Shown piece after piece: positions 59,706 to 64,000 of a DNA stretch of 64,000 nucleotides. The notes beneath the pieces are model-generated. The model did not search any database. It worked only from the letters and a program-made list of their open reading frames with translations, and had not been told where the DNA came from. This DNA comes from a virus. The stretch lies in the IMG/VR virus record IMGVR_UViG_3300012984_000001, positions 1 to 64,000 of that record; one strand, 5' to 3'. Each line of letters opens with the position of its first letter. The stretch's first letter is position 1. The position numbers and the translations under genes are program-made.

Positions 59706-60239
59706 ATGCCAACTCCAAAATATATTTTTACCGCATCAAATGGACAATTAAATGTTGTTTTAGATAATACTGGGAATGTTTTTGCTCAAAATCAAAGTTT
59801 TGAATATCGTTCAGCCTCTGCGGATTTGTATGATACAAAAAAAATATTATTGAGGGATTACGGAAATATTGTCATGGAATATGGGTTTCAAAATATTGGA
59901 ACTATTGGGGGTGTAACGCCAACAGATATATCAAACGCATATGAATTAATTTTAGCGTTGATTCCCTCAGAGGGGGAAAATATTGTTCAGGATTTACAAA
60001 AAACAGGAACCACTAATATTGTTTTTAATGGAACAGATACAGTATTTAATATTCCTCATGGTTTGGGAGTTTTGCCCGGCTCTTTTAGTATTTCTTTTGG
60101 AGATGCAAGTAATCTGAATTTCGTACAATCTCATAGGAGTTTGACAAGTACAAACATTGTAATAGAATGCGACAGTCCTCCAGTAGCAGGAGAGCAGGAT
60201 GTGTTTTGGCAAGTATGGAAAAACAACGATTCAATTTAA
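59706..60239 (+). CDS. Putative structural/tail-associated protein
   Basis: FNIPHGLG..P beta-sandwich pattern. Confidence 0.45.
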   Translation: MPTPKYIFTASNGQLNVVLDNTGNVFAQNQSFEYRSASADLYDTKKILLRDYGNIVMEYGFQNIGTIGGVTPTDISNAYELILALIPSEGENIVQDLQKTGTTNIVFNGTDTVFNIPHGLGVLPGSFSISFGDASNLNFVQSHRSLTSTNIVIECDSPPVAGEQDVFWQVWKNNDSI

Positions 60240-60247
60240 AAAAAGCC

Positions 60248-61471
60248 ATGAAAAAAATATTTTTACTTTTATTATTAGCCCAATCGATAGTTTATTCTCA
60301 GTACCGTGGAACGCGTCAAAATGGGTCTGCTGTAAGGACAGAAGATTATGTTACAAATAGTCCTGGAAATTCCATTTCTAACAGCAAATTGATTGCGTAT
60401 TATAAAGATAGTACTGCAATTGCATTTAATTATCCATCCGTTCAATTTTGGAATTTCAAAAATAATCGAAATGATGGAAATCCAACTAGCATATTATGGG
60501 TTGATAATGATGGATATATGAAAAGGTCTCCAATTCCTGCATTTATTACTACTGAAACTGACCCTGTTTGGAATTTAGAAAAGGTTAATTATTATGATAA
60601 AACCGCTTCTGATGCTAGGTATCTGCAATGTTTTATAGAGTCAGACCCTATATGGAGCTCAGTAGCTCCTTCATATAGAACTCATGCGCAAAATTTATTA
60701 TTATTTGAACCTATATTTATTAAGAATACAGCGTTTAATAAAAACTTTGGAACAGCATCTGGAGATGTGGCGCAAGGTAATGACAGCAGAATTAATAATG
60801 GACAAACTGCTTTTGGCTGGGGCAATCATGCGTTAGTTGGGTATTTATTGGCTAGTGTTGCTGCAAGCACTTATCAGCCTATTGGTAATTATGTGAATAC
60901 AAGTAGAACCATAACTATTAATGGAGTTACTTTTGATTTATCCGCAAATAGAACATTTTCTGTCGGAACAGTAACAAGCGTTACTGCAGGAACCGGATTG
61001 TCAGGAGGAACAATTACAAGTTCTGGAACTATTTCAATTCCAAATAGCGGTGTAACAGCAGGAACTTATGAATATATTACGGTAAATAGTTTAGGAATCG
61101 TTACAGCGGGATATAATTCTGTTATAAGTGATTTATCTGCAAGAACTAGCGGAACAGCATATCAAGCATCAAATACAAGTAGAATATATGATTTAGATTT
61201 TACCATTACAATAAATATAGGAGCTGGTTTGATTAGCGCGTCAGATGCACAGGTAGTTTTGGAAACATCAGCCAATGGAACTACAGGCTGGAGCGAGTAT
61301 GCTAGGTCAAGAAATGCAAATGCAGGAGTTTTGGCAGCTCAAAATATTCAAACAGCATATATTGAAGCTAAATCTATTCCGGCTGGATATTACTACAGAT
61401 TAGTTTATACAAATACATCAGGAACAACATCTTGGACTTACGTAAAAGGACATGAAATATTAAGAAGATAA
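60248..61471 (+). CDS. Tail fibre-like protein with signal-peptide-like N-terminus
   Basis: ETDP repeats, GWGNHA, GTVTSVTAGTGLSGG. Confidence 0.55.
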   Translation: MKKIFLLLLLAQSIVYSQYRGTRQNGSAVRTEDYVTNSPGNSISNSKLIAYYKDSTAIAFNYPSVQFWNFKNNRNDGNPTSILWVDNDGYMKRSPIPAFITTETDPVWNLEKVNYYDKTASDARYLQCFIESDPIWSSVAPSYRTHAQNLLLFEPIFIKNTAFNKNFGTASGDVAQGNDSRINNGQTAFGWGNHALVGYLLASVAASTYQPIGNYVNTSRTITINGVTFDLSANRTFSVGTVTSVTAGTGLSGGTITSSGTISIPNSGVTAGTYEYITVNSLGIVTAGYNSVISDLSARTSGTAYQASNTSRIYDLDFTITINIGAGLISASDAQVVLETSANGTTGWSEYARSRNANAGVLAAQNIQTAYIEAKSIPAGYYYRLVYTNTSGTTSWTYVKGHEILRR

Positions 61472-61479
61472 TACAATAA

Positions 61480-64000
61480 ATGCGAGGACTTAGCGAAGAA
61501 ATAGAATCTGCCATTCAGAATGCACTGACAGGAATGACAAAGGGAGTTGACCTTTCTGAGTTCAGTGATGAAAAACTGTCTAGTTTGGTTAAATCCCGTA
61601 TTGATTCTTTTTCCGCGATTAAAGAACTTTTGGTTACATGGCAAAACTCGCCAAATTGTCCAAGTCATGAAAAATTCAAAGATTATGTTGTGAGATTAGT
61701 AGAGGCCGGAGAAAACTCCGTTTCAGTGCTCAGAAAAGCTTTGACTAAGAAAATTGATTTTGAAGAGCTTGACATTGACAAATATGGTGGAGCAATTCGT
61801 TCAAAACCAATAATTTTGAAAGCCATATCCGACATAACTACTGGAAACATTGAACTTAGAAATCAAATTGATGCTGACAAATTTGATTTACAAGAAAGAG
61901 AATTCAAAAGAGGTTATCCAGAAAAATTTGCAAACCAAGAGTTTTATCCATTAAAAAACTATCACAAAGAATGGTACGATAAAGAAACTGATAGTGTAAT
62001 GATTTGTCCTTTGGGTACAAAGGGGGAGGTTATTACTCTCGATGGATTAAATATCATGCTACCTAAAAAACCGAAAAGAAAAGATATTCTTTTTGAAAAA
62101 TACGCAAAAGAAGACCAATATTGGAGAAGAACAGAACTTCCAAAAGGACTTACTCCTGATACGCAAGATGCTTTTACAGCATTCATAATGCAGGAATTCA
62201 AACGCAGAAGAGAAGGCGTTTGGTTTATGAATAATGGAGAAGCTGTGTATTTGACGGGTTCACATTATTTTGCGTTAAATTGGTGCATTCTTAAAGATGA
62301 AAGGTTTGTTGGGTATATGGGTTACAGAGAGGCTCAAAAACTAATGTTTTATCACACGGAGGCTTGTGTGTTAGATCAAAGATGTATTGGTCAATTTTTT
62401 GTTAAGTCAAGAAGAACCGGATATACTTATGAAAAATTGTTCAGAATGCTTAATGAGTTTACTTCTACAAATAAAGCCAATTTTGGACTTACATCTAAAT
62501 CAGACGAAGATGCTAAAAAAGCATTTAAAAAACTATCTTACGCATTTCTTAACCTACCGTTCTTCTTTCGACCAATTGTAAAAGGAAAAGAAGATAGTGA
62601 TGTTAGGTTGGAATTTGCAAAACCTTCTAATAATTCTAATGCTTCTAAAAAAAATAGGGATACCAGCACCAAAGATTATCTTAACTCTACTTTTGATTAT
62701 GAGCCAACCAAAGAAGATGCTTATGACGGTCAAGCAATGTTTAGATATTTGGCTGACGAGGCTTCTAAATGGAAAAGAGGATTGAATTTCCTAAAACACT
62801 GGGGAGAGGTTGCGCCTACAATGGATGAGGGAGGAGATATTGTTGGAAAAGCATTTGTCGGCTCTACTGTTGCCGCAATGAAGGACGGTGGAGAAGCATT
62901 TCTAAGCCTGCATGCACAATCTCAAATAAAATTAAGAGATAAAATTACAGAAAGAACACCTAGTGGATTATATTCATATTTTCTTCCAGCACATAAAAAC
63001 ATGGCTGATTATACGGACAAATACGGAGTATGTCATGAAGTTTTAGAACCAGGAGAAAGTTTTGTAAACACAAAAGGAAAAGTTAAAACTATTGGTGCGG
63101 TTCAATTCTTGAATGCAAGAAGAGCTGCCAAAAAGAAGGAAAGTGATATTGAGTACAATAATGAACTTAGGGCATTTCCAATGACTCTAAAGGATGCATT
63201 TAGAGATGAAATAACTTCAACAATATTTAATATTGAAAAAATAAACGAACAATTAGATTACAATGAGTTATATGATGTTAGAAAAACTTTAGTTAGAGGA
63301 AATTTTTCATGGGAAAATAATATTCCTGATACTAGGGTAATATGGACTCCAACCGAAAAAGGTCGATTTTTAGTGGCTTGGATACCTCCAGCGGAAATGC
63401 AAAATAAATGGATTGAAAAAAGAAATGAATTTGGACTTGTTTGTAAGCACCCTCAAAATGACGATATAGGAGCTTTTGGAGTAGATACTTATGACCAAGA
63501 TTCTACGCAAGGAAGTAAATTAGAGAATACTGAAAACGGATCGGAATACAATGGTGGTTCTAAAGGAGCGATGCTAGGACTTACTGGCACTAGCTTAAAA
63601 GATGTTCCTAATAATTTTTTCTTTCTTGAATATATAACAAGGCCACAAACTGCGGAAATATTTTTTGAAGATTGCTTAATGGCTTGTGTTTTTTATGGAA
63701 TGCCAGCGCTTATTGAGAGTAATAAGATACGATTTCTTCTTCATTTTAGAAATAGAGGATATAGAGGTTATTCCATAAATCGTTTTGATAAGGCAATGAG
63801 TAAATTAACTCAGACTGAAAGAGATTTGGGAGGAATTCCAAGTGCTGGAGATGAAAATATTACTGCTCACTGGACAGGAATAGAAAGTTATATTGATAAA
63901 TACGTAGGATATTATCAACAAGGACAAAATACTTTTGCTATTAGAGAGGAAGGAGAAATGGGAAGTATGCCGTTTGACAGAACTTTGCGAGACTGGTCGC
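61480..64000 (+). CDS. terL: Terminase large subunit (truncated by window end) with long N-terminal extension
   Basis: Open frame from ATG 61480, missing from the ORF track; Walker A KSRRTGYT (~62404), Walker B YLADE (~62746), nuclease GAFGVDTYD (~63469). Confidence 0.88.
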   Translation, partial: MRGLSEEIESAIQNALTGMTKGVDLSEFSDEKLSSLVKSRIDSFSAIKELLVTWQNSPNCPSHEKFKDYVVRLVEAGENSVSVLRKALTKKIDFEELDIDKYGGAIRSKPIILKAISDITTGNIELRNQIDADKFDLQEREFKRGYPEKFANQEFYPLKNYHKEWYDKETDSVMICPLGTKGEVITLDGLNIMLPKKPKRKDILFEKYAKEDQYWRRTELPKGLTPDTQDAFTAFIMQEFKRRREGVWFMNNGEAVYLTGSHYFALNWCILKDERFVGYMGYREAQKLMFYHTEACVLDQRCIGQFFVKSRRTGYTYEKLFRMLNEFTSTNKANFGLTSKSDEDAKKAFKKLSYAFLNLPFFFRPIVKGKEDSDVRLEFAKPSNNSNASKKNRDTSTKDYLNSTFDYEPTKEDAYDGQAMFRYLADEASKWKRGLNFLKHWGEVAPTMDEGGDIVGKAFVGSTVAAMKDGGEAFLSLHAQSQIKLRDKITERTPSGLYSYFLPAHKNMADYTDKYGVCHEVLEPGESFVNTKGKVKTIGAVQFLNARRAAKKKESDIEYNNELRAFPMTLKDAFRDEITSTIFNIEKINEQLDYNELYDVRKTLVRGNFSWENNIPDTRVIWTPTEKGRFLVAWIPPAEMQNKWIEKRNEFGLVCKHPQNDDIGAFGVDTYDQDSTQGSKLENTENGSEYNGGSKGAMLGLTGTSLKDVPNNFFFLEYITRPQTAEIFFEDCLMACVFYGMPALIESNKIRFLLHFRNRGYRGYSINRFDKAMSKLTQTERDLGGIPSAGDENITAHWTGIESYIDKYVGYYQQGQNTFAIREEGEMGSMPFDRTLRDWS

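Noticed and set aside
1-64000. Stop-codon reassignment as in some crAss-like phages
   Set aside because: Long genes are intact in the standard code, TAG and TGA end genes, and no suppressor anticodon was found

Overview
Almost the whole window is an AT-rich tailed-phage genome segment. It is most likely a temperate podovirus-type phage of a Flavobacteriaceae/Bacteroidota host: promoters match the -7 TAnnTTTG consensus, starts are A-rich without Shine-Dalgarno sites, and one gene resembles a flavobacterial nucleoid protein. Layout: (i) 0.3-2.6 kb, 23 tRNA genes in three blocks; (ii) 2.7-17.7 kb, tail and internal/ejection proteins; (iii) 17.7-40 kb minus strand, replication, recombination, integrase and early genes; (iv) 40-41.5 kb, a non-coding strand-switch region; (v) 41.5-50.8 kb, GIY-YIG nuclease, C5 methyltransferase, a second RNA cluster, SSB and anti-defence candidates; (vi) GroEL/GroES; (vii) tail fibres, lysis genes and a terminase running off the end. 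Main finding: each tRNA block is preceded by a 23-24 codon leader ORF, an antiterminator strand and an intrinsic terminator. Each leader contains a consecutive codon run read by exactly the tRNAs of its own block, down to isoacceptor: INTINMIARVGDN for Ala/Ile/Gly/Asp/Thr/Val/Arg-UCU/CAU/Asn; LSFCLSYWLSF for Tyr/Leu-UAA/Ser-UGA/Ser-GCU/Trp/Phe/Cys; ERLPQH for Pro/Glu/Gln/His/Leu-UAG/Arg-ACG. This looks like a ribosome-stalling attenuation system that detects shortage or destruction of particular host tRNAs and switches on the matching phage replacements. Second finding: a compact circularly permuted two-piece tmRNA (tag AKVINLFGNEAKLAA). All calls come from reading the sequence by eye; no searches were run.
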